64,000 nucleotides of DNA from Octopus sinensis (lineage: Eukaryota). Within the stretch, counting starts at the first letter, position 1. Each line of letters starts with the position of its first letter. Position numbers and translations under genes: made by a program. Location: NCBI RefSeq assembly GCF_006345805.1, contig NC_043026.1, forward strand, positions 5,208,001-5,272,000, written 5' to 3'. The notes beneath the pieces are model-generated. The model was not told where the DNA came from and did not search any database. It was given only the letters and a program-made list of their open reading frames with translations. Shown here in pieces: positions 12,019 to 24,172 of this stretch.

Positions 12019-12881
12019 CCTGTGTCTGTTTGCTGTGGTGGTCTGGTATATAGTGGGTAGTCCCACCTGCGGGCTTGGGTTTGATGAAGCCAGGTCAGCT
12101 GCTGTACAATCTTTTGTGCCATGCACAAAAAAGATTGTTGCTCAGCAGCTGCTCTTTCGACAACATCATGTTGGATGTTTGTGGCGCGCACAACATCTGC
12201 GTACCTCCGCTTTGGGGCAGGTGGTGCGTGGTCCATCCCTTTTCTTTGTGTTGATGGCTTGTCCATCTGCCTTGTGTCTCTGTGGCAGGGTCCCCGATGT
12301 GCAAAGCGGCAGCCTGCACCTTCCTTTCCATGCCAGCAGGAACCTCTCAGGTAGAACATACACACCCGTGTGCGCTGTTTGGTTCCATCCTTTGCGGTTC
12401 CACTTCTATTTCTGGTTGTTTCACTCTTTGGTACTGCTTGAGCTTTTTCTTTTCCTTTAGCTCTTCCAGTCCTTCTTTTAGTTCTTCTTCCTCCCTCTAC
12501 CTCTTCACCGGGTTCTCCGTCTCCATGGCCCTTGCTGCCGGTTGGAGAACTTGCACCTGGGTTCACTTCCCGGGCAGGTTTCTCATTCAAAACCTCCTCC
12601 CGGGCGTCCACCAGGTGGGGGTGACTTCTTTCATCGTCTCCATTCTTGCCATCTTTGCCCCGCTCGTTCTCAAAGATGGCATCAAGTGCGCCAATGTGCG
12701 ACCGTACAAGCGCATATGAGCGCACGAATTCCTGTCTCTTTCGCTCCATCTGAGCCACCGTCCTCTTGTAACCTCTGCTCTTCAGCGCAGCCGCAATCAC
12801 CTCGCTAGGGCTATCTCCGCCGGCGCACTCCCATGCTCGTACGAATAAATCCAGCTCGTCACGTCTCCATGCTCTGGACAT
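11970..12881 (-). CDS. CR1 ORF1, 303 aa: Myb/SANT trihelix-like N-terminus and CCCH zinc finger
   Basis: Open frame directly upstream of and overlapping ORF2; WRRDELDLFVRAW...IAAALKSRGYKRTVAQMERK and CMFYLRGSCWHGKEGAGCRFAH. Confidence 0.75.
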   Translation of the reverse strand: MSRAWRRDELDLFVRAWECAGGDSPSEVIAAALKSRGYKRTVAQMERKRQEFVRSYALVRSHIGALDAIFENERGKDGKNGDDERSHPHLVDAREEVLNEKPAREVNPGASSPTGSKGHGDGEPGEEVEGGRRTKRRTGRAKGKEKAQAVPKSETTRNRSGTAKDGTKQRTRVCMFYLRGSCWHGKEGAGCRFAHRGPCHRDTRQMDKPSTQRKGMDHAPPAPKRRYADVVRATNIQHDVVERAAAEQQSFLCMAQKIVQQLTWLHQTQARRWDYPLYTRPPQQTDTGWTPPATTYTSPRYSY

Positions 12882-12941
12882 GCTGGATAATCCGTCTATC
12901 CGTTTATCTATCTAATTATGTTCGAGAGAAGACAGGAAGAT

Positions 12942-14066
12942 ATTAAGGCTAATTAGAAGATAGAGTACTTGAAAAGAAATATTAACAATATTAAAGTTTG
13001 TGTAAAAACGTTATTTGGGTAAAAACGTTATTTAATCTTAAGGCTAATTAGGGGATAGAGTATCTGAAAATGTATTAGCAATATTAATATTATATTAGAG
13101 TGTGGATAAAAACGTTGTTTAATCTTAAGGCTAATTAGGAGATAGAGTATCTGAAAATATATTAGCAATATTAATATTATATTAGAGTGTGGGTAAAAAA
13201 AAACGTTATTTAATCTTAAGGCTAATTTGGAGATAGAGTATCTGAAAATATATTAGCAATATTAATATTATATTAGAGTGTGGGTAATATTAAACGTTAT
13301 TTAATTTAATCTTAAGGCTAATTAGAAGACAGAGTATCTGAAAAATTATATATACAATATTAAGCAATATTAACCGTTATTTAATTTAATCTTAAGGCTA
13401 ATTAGACGTTATTAATATTAAACGTTATTTAATTTAATCTTAAGGCTAATTAGAAGATAGAGTATCTGAAAATGTATTAGCAATATTAATATTATATTAG
13501 AGTGTAGATAAAAACGTTATTTAATCTTAAGGCTAATCAGGAGATAGAGTATCTGAAAATATATTAGCAATGTTAATATTATATTAGAGTGTGGGTAATA
13601 TTAAACGTTATTTAATTTAATCTTAAGGCTAATTAGAAGATAGAGTATCTGAAGAATTATTAACAATATTAAAACAATATTAAACGTTATTTAATTTAAT
13701 CTTAAGGCTAATTAACAATAATTATTAACAATATTAAACAATATTAAACGTTATTTAATTTAATCCTAAGGCTAATTAACAATAATTATTAACAATATTA
13801 AACAATATTAAACGTTATTTAATTTAATCTTAAGGCTAATTAACAGTAATTATTAACAATATTAAACAATATTAAACGTTATTTAATTTAATCCTAAGGC
13901 TAATTAACAATAATTATTAACAATATTAAACGTTATTTAATTTAATCTAATCCTAAGGCTAATTAGACGTTATTAATATTAAACGTTATTTAATTTAATC
14001 TTAGGGCTAATTAGAAGATAGAGTATCTGAAAAATTATTAACAATATTAAAACAATATTAAACGTT
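12942..14066. repeat. AT-rich minisatellite of ~15 units (about 50-95 bp) with core taaggctaatt
   Basis: Core seen at about 12945, 13040, 13127, 13219, 13315, 13395, 13442, 13529, 13624, 13705, 13768, 13832, 13896, 13956 and 14004. Confidence 0.95.
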
Positions 14067-14271
14067 ATATATGGGTGTATATATGTAAGGAAGTTAGTGT
14101 ATATATATATATATATTTCTACACACACACATACGCATACATATACACACATACACATATGCATACATGCACACACACACACACACTCACATACATTCAT
14201 TGATATTATGCTCTTGGCTGATCAGAAAATTGTGATCCTTTTGTTAGCAGAAAATTGAAGAAAATCCCTCA

Positions 14272-14305
<34 letters not shown>

Positions 14306-14434
14306 CATACATATATATATACACACGAATATATATATATACACACACACATATATATATGTATATATATATTTATATACACACATATATATATATGGAT
14401 ATATAAATATGGATATATATATATATATACATAC

Positions 14435-14507
<73 letters not shown>

Positions 14508-14595
14508 TTAGGGATTTTGCAGACTTCGAAACATATGTCGAAAATAAAATAAAGGAATTTTGTTAAATCTTCGTTCAGCTCCATTCTTTCTTATA

Positions 14596-14663
<68 letters not shown>

Positions 14664-14694
14664 CATACATACATACATATATATATATATAAAT

Positions 14695-14778
<84 letters not shown>

Positions 14779-14820
14779 TTATATATAAGAAAGTTGGTTT
14801 GTGAAAGCACGTGGGTGAAT

Positions 14821-15276
14821 ATATAGGAAAAAGTAAAGAGGGAAAAAACTACAGAAGGCTTAAATGTTAAAAAATATATATATTTGCATCAATATGTCTG
14901 AAGAATATTAGAAGATTTAAAAAAATTTTTTTTGTCTTATAATGACATAATTTAAAAGAAAGACCGGTTTCGCGTGTAGCTTTTCAAATTTCTTGCGACG
15001 TTATGTTTATGTTGAATAGAGTTTTTGTTATTTAGAACTTCCCTTATTTAGAACTCTCCTGAACATAAACGAAAACTCTATTCAACATAAACATAACGTC
15101 GCAAGAAATTTAAAAAGCTACATGCGAAACCGGTCTTTCTTTTAAATTATGTCATTATAAGAGAAAAAAATTTTTTTTTTTATTTTCTAATATTCTTCAG
15201 ACATATTGACGCAAATATATATATTTTTTAACATTTAAGCCTTCTGTAGTTTTTTCACTCTTTACTTTTTCCTATA
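14821..15276. repeat. Fold-back palindrome with ~205-bp arms containing a degenerate hammerhead-like motif
   Basis: 14821-15030 is the near reverse complement of 15066-15276; motif aagaaa-t-ttgaaaa-gc tacac gc-GAA-ACCGGT-C-tttctt at 14956-14994 (-) and 15103-15141 (+). Confidence 0.9.
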
Positions 15277-15299
15277 TATATATTTATATATATATCTTT

Positions 15300-15475
15300 T
15301 ATTTATTAATTTGTTTTTGTCATTTGTCTGCTGCCATGCTGGAGCACCGCCTTTAGTAAGACTAGTGCTTATTCTATAGGTCTCTTTTGCCGAACCGCTA
15401 GGTTATGGCGACGTAAACACACCTGCTTCGGTTGTCAAACGATGTTGGTGGGGACACAGACACACAAACATACAC
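15300..15475 (-). mobile_element. Partial CORE-like SINE
   Basis: ccatgctggagcaccgcc...cttttgccgaaccgctag, as in the other copies. Confidence 0.8.
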
Positions 15476-15505
15476 ATACATACATGTATATATATATATA
15501 TATAT

Positions 15506-17170
15506 AGAGACAGGCTTGGAAGGACTGGAAGAACGGTGGTAGCAGGGAATTGTATCAGACAGCCAGAAGGGAGGCTAGGAGGCAGGTTTATTTAGCCAGA
15601 GGGGAAGCAGATAAGAAAAAATTTGCCAATGTTATGAGCCGTGATGATGAAAGACTTGAGGTATTTCGTGTTGCAAGACAGTGTGTGAGAGAGAATCGTG
15701 ATGTGGTAGGAGAGAAGTGTGTTCGCATGGATGATGGTTCACTTGCGCTAAATGAGGATGCAAAGATAGAGGTTTGGAGATGCCACTATGAAAGGTTGCT
15801 GAATAAAGAAAATGAATGGGATAAAGAGAGTCTGCCGAATGTTGACCCAACAGAGGGACCAGCTATCCGAGTTGATAGTTCCGTGGTAGCTAAGGCAATT
15901 AGAAGCATGAAGACAGGGAAAGCCCCAGGCCCATCAGGAATTACTGCAGAGATGCTCAAAATATCTGGCAGTGTCGGCTATAACCTAGTCGCCCGTATAG
16001 TCAACCAGGTGATACACGAAGGAGTCATACCCAATGACTGGTGTAGCAGCGTACTAGTCAACTGCTACAAAGGTAAAGGTGATGCCCTAGATACAAATAA
16101 TTACAGAGGTATCAAGTTGTTGGATCAGGTAATGAAGGTTACGGAGAGGGTCATAGCCCAACTAATTAGAGAGAGAGTTAGTCTAGATGAGATGCAGTTT
16201 GGGTTTGTGCCAGGGAAAAGCACCACTGATGCTATATTCCTGGTAAGGCAGCTGCAGGAGAAATACCTAGCCAAAGATAAGCCCCTGTACCTGGCTTTCG
16301 TTGATATGGAGAAAGCCTTTGATAGGGTCCGCCGATCCCTCATCTGGTGGTCAATGAGGAAACTAGGGATAGATGAATGGCTGGTGAGGGCTGTGCAAGC
16401 CATGTACAGAGATGCCGTAAGCAAGGTTAGGGTTGGCAACATGTACACAGAAGAATTCAAAGTAGAGGTTGGGGTCCACCAGGGTTCAGTACTCAGCCCC
16501 CTCCTATTTATCATAGTCCTCCAGGCAATAACAGAGGAATTCAAGACAGGTTGCCCCTGGGAGCTCCTCTATGCTGACGACCTCGCTCTAATTGCTGAGT
16601 CACTATCAGAACTGGAGGAGAAGTTCCAGGTGTGGAAGGAGGGTTTAGAAGCGAGGGGCCTTAGAGTCAACCTAGCTAAAACCAAAGTACTAATAAGTAG
16701 AAAGGTAGGCAATCCACAAATGTCCTCAGGAAGGTGGCCCTGCTCGATCTGTAGAAAAGGTGTAGGTAGAAACTCTATAAGATGTACCCAGTGTAAGCTA
16801 TGGACACATAAGAGGTGCAGCAATGTCAAAGGTAGGCTAACTGGGAAGATAGTTTTTATATGTGGCAGATGCTCCTGAGCATTGACCTCCGAAAATCTGC
16901 AGAAAACAACTTCCGTCACTTTCCAGGGGGAAAAATTAGAAGTAGTTGATAGCTTCCGTTATCTAGGTGACCAAGTCAGTAGTGGGAGTGGGTGCGCTGA
17001 GAGTGTAACTGATAGAATAAGAATAGCCTGGGCAAAGTTTAGGGAGCTCTTACCTCTGCTGGTGACTAAAGGCCTCTCGCTCAGAGTAAAGGGCAGACTG
17101 TATGATGCATGTGTTCGAGCTGCCATGCTACATGGCAGTGAAACATGGGCCGTGATTGCTGAGGACATGC
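15506..17170 (+). mobile_element. RTE/BovB-type LINE RT fragment, truncated at both ends
   Basis: 442-aa ORF with QFGFVPGKSTTDAIF, FVDMEKAFD, GVHQGSVLSPLLF, YADDL; stop at 16876; closely similar to 36110-37775. Confidence 0.95.
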
Positions 17171-17174
17171 AATG

Positions 17175-17520
17175 TCTAAAAATATAAAAAATATAAAAGA
17201 ACATAGAAATTTTAAAAATATATAACAAAATATATAAAAGATATAAAAAGATATAAAGGGATGTAAAAATATAAATATATAAAAGAATATATTCTTTTAT
17301 ATATTTATATTTTATATTACTACGTTTATACTTTTTTACTTTTTTATATATAAAAAATATAAAAGAACATAGAAATTTTAAAAATATATAACAAAATATA
17401 TAAAAGATATAAAAAGATATAAAGGGATGTAAAAATATAAATATATAAAAGAATATATTCTTTTATATATTTATATTTTATATTACTACGTTTATACTTT
17501 TTTACTTTTTTATCTTTGTA
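17175..17520. repeat. AT-rich ~170-bp tandem duplication with an internal perfect palindrome
   Basis: taaaaaatataaaagaacatagaaattt occurs at about 17184 and 17351; aaatatataaaagaatatattcttttatatattt is self-complementary (about 17273-17306 and 17440-17473). Confidence 0.85.
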
Positions 17521-17796
17521 TATTTTTTTATATTCCTCTAGCCTTCGTCCTTAATTCTCACCCCTCTACATTTATCCCTATTCTTTCACGTCTGTGTGTA
17601 TTTATATATTTATTTACTCGCTTATTTATTTATATTACCTCAACATCCAAGCTTCCTCATTCTACATTGAGTGAAAGACGAGATGGACGCTTCATTTTTG
17701 TGCTGGTGCCCCACTATGTCGTACGCGACTGAGAGGATTTGCATCCCCAACGTAGAATCTATGGTGTAATACATGTCCTTCAAGTAGTAATTGTGC

Positions 17797-17874
17797 GCGG
17801 CTGAAGAAGGCCATAGACACACATTATGCATTGTTATAAGTCAGTCTAATAAAGGCCCGAAACATATGTACCGC
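17797..17874 (+). ncRNA. Type I hammerhead ribozyme (core intact, palindromic stem III)
   Basis: gcgg-CTGAAGA-a ggcc...ggcc c-GAA-ACATATGT-A-ccgc. Confidence 0.85.
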
Positions 17875-17976
17875 TGAATCCTTGGCATCATGTTTTTATT
17901 TTGATTAATTTACTCCACCACCTACACCACCTAATGGTATACACAGGTGCTTACATTTATCAAGTACTCACCCTGA

Positions 17977-18179
<203 letters not shown>

Positions 18180-18474
18180 CCTTTTATTGTAGCCACACAG
18201 GGCTAAACACAGAATAAAAATGGACGAAATACAATGTAGAATTTTTTCTTTTCGAGGTGGGATGGGTGGGACAAAAAAAAAAAAAAAAAACCTTTGATCA
18301 ATAGAGATCTGTGGGTTGTGTGGTGTATAAAAAAGCAATATATATATATATATAAGGTTCACAGTTTAGGTGTAGCCTTGGAAAGAAAAACCTACAAAAA
18401 AGACCAAGGTCACCTCAGACAATTCGAAAAAGAACACATGAGTAAGTCGCCTTACTTCTCGTTGTCTCTTTTGG

Positions 18475-21400
18475 TTACAGATTTATGCTTAAAATAGTGT
18501 CGTCTTTCATACTGACCATTTTTGCCACTTTTACCCACTTTTTATTAAAACATTCGTTCGACAAAGCCTTCCTCTCTATTCTCATCCTCCTTTTCAAGTG
18601 GTACTTGAAAAAGTTGACGAGAGACTGACCAGAGAGGAAGGTGTTTGTTTGCAGTCCTTTCAAACGCGTCCACCACACACATTCTTTCGCCATAGCCATC
18701 AGCGTAACGAAAACCGTTTTCCCTTCCCGTTTAAAGGAAGGTGGTGGAACAATAATCATGATAGACTCGGCCGATAGGCGAGCCCGACCTACACGTGACA
18801 ACAGCTGTTCGACGAAGGACCACAGCTCTGAAATATCTGGACACTGCACGAGTGCGTGCAGAACGGTTTCGTCGCTCTGACCGCATCTCGGGCAGGTCGG
18901 TCCGGTGATGGTTTTCGAACCGTGTCTGTAGCTCTTCTCTCGAACAGGTAGTGCGTCTCGATAGCACTGCCAAGCCAGGGATTTCTGGAAGTTATCCATA
19001 GGCCCCGGCCCGAACGTCGTCCTGAACAGGCGGGTTAGGAATTTCTCGTCGACGCCCAGGTTTGCCCCGAGTGTGTCGTCGGACCTCCCCTCCACTAGTC
19101 CTCTATAGAACGCTTTAGTCGTTTGGAAGTTGCACAAGTTTGACCCCGGTCGGCAGAGCTGCTGTAGAGCTTGGCGACACTCTCGGTGCCAATCGCCCAG
19201 TTTCGGTCTCTTTTTGATCCACGTTTGCAGTTCGGTCAGTGAGACGAGCTGCGGGAAGTCGCGCCTCACAAACGGCGCCCACACCTGTTCACCGTCGTCG
19301 ATGAATTTCCAGAGATGTCGCAGTCTCAGCGCATGCCTGCGCATCATCAACCACGGCATGCCCAGTCCTCCATTCAACGGATGTTGACAGCAAATGGACT
19401 TCCTCACCATCGGAACGCCACCCTTCCACAGGAAGCGGAAGAGTATGCGTTCCAGTTTGGTGATGGTGGCGTCGGGACAAGGTACGACGGTCAGGCGGTA
19501 ATCGATGACGGATGCGATGTACGCGTTCGCCACCTCCGCCCGGCCTTTTAGAGACAGCTTTCTCTCGGCCCATGTTTGGCTGAGAGCGACCACTCTACTC
19601 GTGATCTCGTCCCAGTTCTTATCCATTTGGAGGTCCGGACTGAACCAGACCCCGAGCAATTTAACCGGTCCGTCCGTCCAGCGTCCCACTACTGAGCCGC
19701 AGTCGGACGGCATGGGCTTGCTTCTCCAGGTGCCGAGTAGCAATCCCACTGACTTTTCCGGGTTAATCTTTGCTCCCGTTACCGCTTCGTATTCTTTTAG
19801 TGTCTCGCCGACCAGCTCGATGTGCTGGTAGCTCGACACTATGACGGTGACATCGTCCGCATATGCCGACACGCTCGTCCCGCAACCCAGTTCCCGTGGG
19901 ATGCCCCTCAGTGTCGCCAGCTTCCGCAGTAGCGGCTCGAGAGTCAATACATACAGAAGCGCCGACAGGGGACACCCCTGACGGACCGAACGCGTGATGT
20001 CAAACGGTTTCGACAGGTGACCGTTCACCCGAATCACCGATCGGATGCCGCTATACAAGGCAGCGATCCAACCGCGGAAGACGGGACCGAAGCCAGCCGC
20101 CCTGAGGACGGCCGCCAAGTACCGATGGTCGACCCTATCGAAGGTTTTAGACTGATCCAAATTTATCAGCGCCCCACCCATGCCAGGATCCTTAACTACC
20201 CTGTCCACAATGTAGCGCATCAGATGGAGGTTGTCATGTATGGTTCTGCCCGGCACGGCGCATGTTTGCGCCCTGTCGACCAGTTTACCAATGACAAGCG
20301 CCAACCTCTCGGCTATTACTTTGGCCAAAATTTTCAAATCTGCGTTGAGCAGAGTGATGGGCCTGAAATTATCTATAAAATTCCCCTTGTTTGAGTCTTT
20401 CTTCAGCAACGTCACTGCACCTCGGCTCACGAAACCGGGGATTCTCCCGTTTTGTTGCCAGTTGCAGTAGACTGATGCCAAGAGGTCGCCAAACAAGTCT
20501 GGCATTCGACAATACAGCTCGTAGGGTAAACCATCCAATCCAGGCGACTTATCCCTCGCGCAGCCCGCCATCGCATCCCACACGTCAGCGGCTGTGATGG
20601 GACTTTCACAACACTCCGCTTCTCTTGCCGAGAGCCGCGGCAGGTCGGTCAGGTAGGCACTGAAATCCATCCCTCGTTCCGACCCACCACTCGCACCAAA
20701 CAGTCGAGCAAAGTGCTGTTGAAAGGCCTCACACATCCTTTCGGGTTCGAGTAAACTGCATCCCTGTTGATCTATTAGAGACCGAATGGTTGATCTGTTG
20801 CCACGCTGCGCCTCCGCTACCCGGGCCTCTCGCGCAGCTTCAATCCCTTCGTTCCTTAAGGCACGCATTTTAGCTCTGACGACGCAACCTTCGTGCTTGG
20901 CGTTGAGGTGTTGGTCGAGGGCCATCCTCGCAGCCAGCACGTTGGTTGCGCTGCCAGTGGTAAGTGCCTCTTCTAGTTTCTTAACTAAGTCTCCCTCTAC
21001 TCTATTTCGTTCTATCGCTAATTCCTTGCTAAACCTAATTGATTCCGATTTTATTGCCATTTTCAGGGCGTACCACCAGCGGTTGTTGACGACGGCTCCC
21101 GTCAGCGCCCTCTTAATTAACTCGCTAATCCGGTTCCTGTAAACCTGTCGCGCTAACAGCGACGTGTTCAGTTTCCACTAACCGGGACCCTGCCTATGTG
21201 TTTTATCTAAGTCGAGCGTACACGTAACAAATTTGTGATCTGTGTAGCTGACTATTTAAATTGTGGACATCCTACACTATCCCTATCCGCTGTCCTGCAT
21301 AGAATTCTATCTAGATAAGATCTCGACGATCCGACGCGATTTGTCCAAGTCCACGTTGGCACGTTCGGATGGTCGAGTCGGAACCTGTCAGACAAATGGA

Positions 21401-21923
21401 AACGTCTGAGCAGGTCTTTGAGGCTCTTACACCCCCTTCTATTCCTATCCCTTCCCACATAATCTAGATGCGTGTCCAAGGTAGCGTTCCAATCCCCTAC
21501 TAACAGTAAAGGTCTAGACGTACCCAGGAAAACCTCTAGACGTCTGAAGAAATCCGCCCGACCCGTTAAGGACGGTGCATAAACTGCCATCAGACGGAAT
21601 GCACACCCATTTCTGCCATCCACGTCCAAGACAACCAGCCTACCCTCCGGGTCTAGGAATATTGCTCTTACTTTTACCTTTAGACTCTTTCGAAAAAGCA
21701 CCGCAGTACCTCCACCACCCATGTTCGGCAGACAGGGAGAAAAATAAATGTCAAATTGATTGCCAAACATGGACTCGAGGGCCCGCGGCTTACTGAGTCT
21801 GGTTTCACTGATAGCTACTATATCCACGTCCAGTGACTTGATGTCGTTTAGAAGGTAACCTTGCTTCCAAGCCGACGCCAAGCCACGCGCATTCACACAA
21901 CCTAATTTAAGCATACTTGACAT
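18475..21923 (-). pseudogene. Tx1 element A ORF2 (APE + RT + Cys-His domain), disrupted
   Basis: VNARGL, ISETRL, VGDWN, SRSYLDRI; frameshift at about 21255 and TAG in the GPGYWK motif at about 21178; then an 861-aa frame with SPGLDGLP, NFRPITLLNADLKILAK, SVRQGCPLS, YADDV. Confidence 0.93.
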
Positions 21924-21980
21924 TTACGAAAATTGTGTTTTACACACTATATTAGAAGAGACAAGAGGCAAGAAGTGAGG

Positions 21981-23868
21981 TCACTTACTCATTTTAAAAG
22001 TTTCATTTTTTTCTTCTTCTTCTTTTGTATCGTTTTTGATGAGGTGTTTGTATAGTTTTTTCGACAGGTATCGTTGATACCCGCCTACCGCATTCGGAAA
22101 TATTGTTTTCAGTATGTGGTGTTGTGCTTGTGTTATGTGTAAAATTCTGATGTGTTTCGGTGGTGTGGTGTGCGGATGATTGTTTGTCTTAAAGTCATCT
22201 TCACAGACGACCATGTTAGATTTGATGTAGTCCATTAATTCTTTATTGTCTGTGTCTATTGCAGTTAGTTGTGTGTGTGGTTTTACGGGTTCATTACTTT
22301 TTTGATTGTCTAGGGGGATGTTGTCCTGAGTTAGATATCTCCCTGCTTTAATTCCTTGTTTGGTGGATTTTTTGGATCTTTTTCTTTTACCCCCTGTGGC
22401 TATTTGCCATTCCGTCGAACTTTCGTCGTCCGACGTATCAGTATGGGGTAGAGGAAAAAGAACAGGATCACTATGTATGCTTGTATAAATTGTTGATGTT
22501 TTGTGCGGTGTTTGTGTTGTTGTGGTGTTAGGGGTAGCATTTGTCTTCTCGTCAGTGTTTTCTGTCTTTTTAATTGTCGTCCTGGGTGTGGGTGTGGGTC
22601 GATTTTTTGAAGATTCAACAAGTTTAATTGGTTGTGACGTCAACGGTGATTGTGTTGGTACTGTTTTTCTTGGTGATGTTGTTGGGGTTTGTTTGCTGGT
22701 TTGTTGTTTTTCTTGGCATTGTTCCATAATTGAGTGTGTTGGTGTTGGTGTTGGCAACAAAGGGATTTTATTTGTTTTCTGAATTGTTCTTTCTTGTTTT
22801 TTCTGTACCAGATCGCACTTGGCAATCAAATGTTCGGGGCTGCCACATTTGTAGCATCTAGGCTTTTTGCCTTCTGCCATAACATATAGGCATTGCCCAT
22901 TCTCCAGGTATATCTTGTCCGGTAGGCTCTCGATAGAGGCCCCCTCAATCTGGATGGTCACTACTACTGTTTTTCCACCCCAATTGTCGTTTAGGTACAC
23001 GGCTGTTTCTAGAATATTGATCTTTTTCAAGTGGTAACAGATTGCCCCTGTTATCCATTTGTTCGGCATATCGGGGGGCACATTTCTGATAGTAATTCTA
23101 CTCACCCTCTGGTTTTTATAATAAGGGACCATGATGATTTCATCATTTCCCAGAGACTCAGTAGAGTGAGCTTTTGCCACTTCCTGGTTAGGGAAGCGGA
23201 CCACTACTGTGTTAAACTGGGGACCCCAGTTTATATACTCTTTTTCTTTCATTATGTTTTTTAAACATTTCTCTACATCAGTTTTTGTAATCTGTTCATT
23301 TGGTTTTTTGTTTTTTCTAATAATTTTATATACAATTGTCTTATTTTCTATTTCTTGTTTTATATGTTGAGGTGTATGCAGGACTAAATCTTGTCCACGG
23401 GTTGTAAAGAGAGCTCTTGTTTCTATGAGCTCTTCATTTGTGAATGTAACAATCTCCTTTTTCTGGCGAAGAATATCTGCGAAATTTACTGTTGTTGACT
23501 TTTTTGTATTAACATCTTCACTATTAGATAGTTCATTTTTATTGTTGTTCTTGTTGTTGCTGTTGTTTTTGTCAATAGTTTTCGTTTCAGTTTTATTTTT
23601 ATCATTTATGTTGGTCGTGGTAGCGGTGGTGGTGGTGGTGGAGGTGGTGGTGGTAGCATTTGTTGTCTCGTGGTTGCTGTTGTTAGTGGTGGTGGTGGCG
23701 GTGGTGACAGGGCTGTTAACGCACGTGGTTGCAGCGTTCATTTCACCGAATTTTACGTTTGCATTTTCCGTGCGAACGTTCCTTTTTTTTCTCTATCGTT
23801 TCCAGACTAGGAAAATTTTGTTCCATAAAAGAACGCGACCAGCGTTCTACAATAAAATTTCTAGACAT
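21981..23868 (-). pseudogene. Tx1 element A ORF1 (gag-like, CCHC zinc knuckle)
   Basis: RCYKCGSPEHLIAKC; the track ORF is 21981-23741, but copy C shows the frame starts at the ATG at 23868 with a 1-nt insertion near 23781. Confidence 0.85.
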
Positions 23869-24072
23869 TTTCTAATGTCGAGAATAAAATTACAGAAATG
23901 AAATGGGGTTGAAACTGCCCCTAGGGGCGAATTCCTCCCTTGGAAAAGCACTCAAACGAAAGTTGGTTGCCTTACACACCTTATTTGCAAAAATTTACAC
24001 AAAAATTGGGCTATAAATAGTCAAAATGAAAGATTACCTTCGGAGTCGAAGCGATAGCACATCCATAGACAG

Positions 24073-24152
<80 letters not shown>

Positions 24153-24172
24153 GATAGATAGATAGATAGATA
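24073..24172. repeat. (GATA)n tract between elements A and B
   Basis: Read directly; one gatgata interruption. Confidence 0.97.

Larger units (their letters stand above)
8946..14070 (-). mobile_element. Near full-length CR1-group LINE (inactivated)
   Basis: ORF1, APE endonuclease and RT in order, 3' stem-loop and (AATC)n tail at 8946-8970. The 5' boundary is uncertain and includes the minisatellite by inference. Confidence 0.88.

Noticed and set aside
12942-14066. Repeat array as CRISPR-like
   Set aside because: Eukaryotic context, no unique spacers, and units are contiguous variants of each other.
14500-14548. GAAACATATGTC half-hammerhead after (TA)n
   Set aside because: Palindromic stem III is present, but CTGANGA and stem I cannot be found; kept only as a possible truncated relic.
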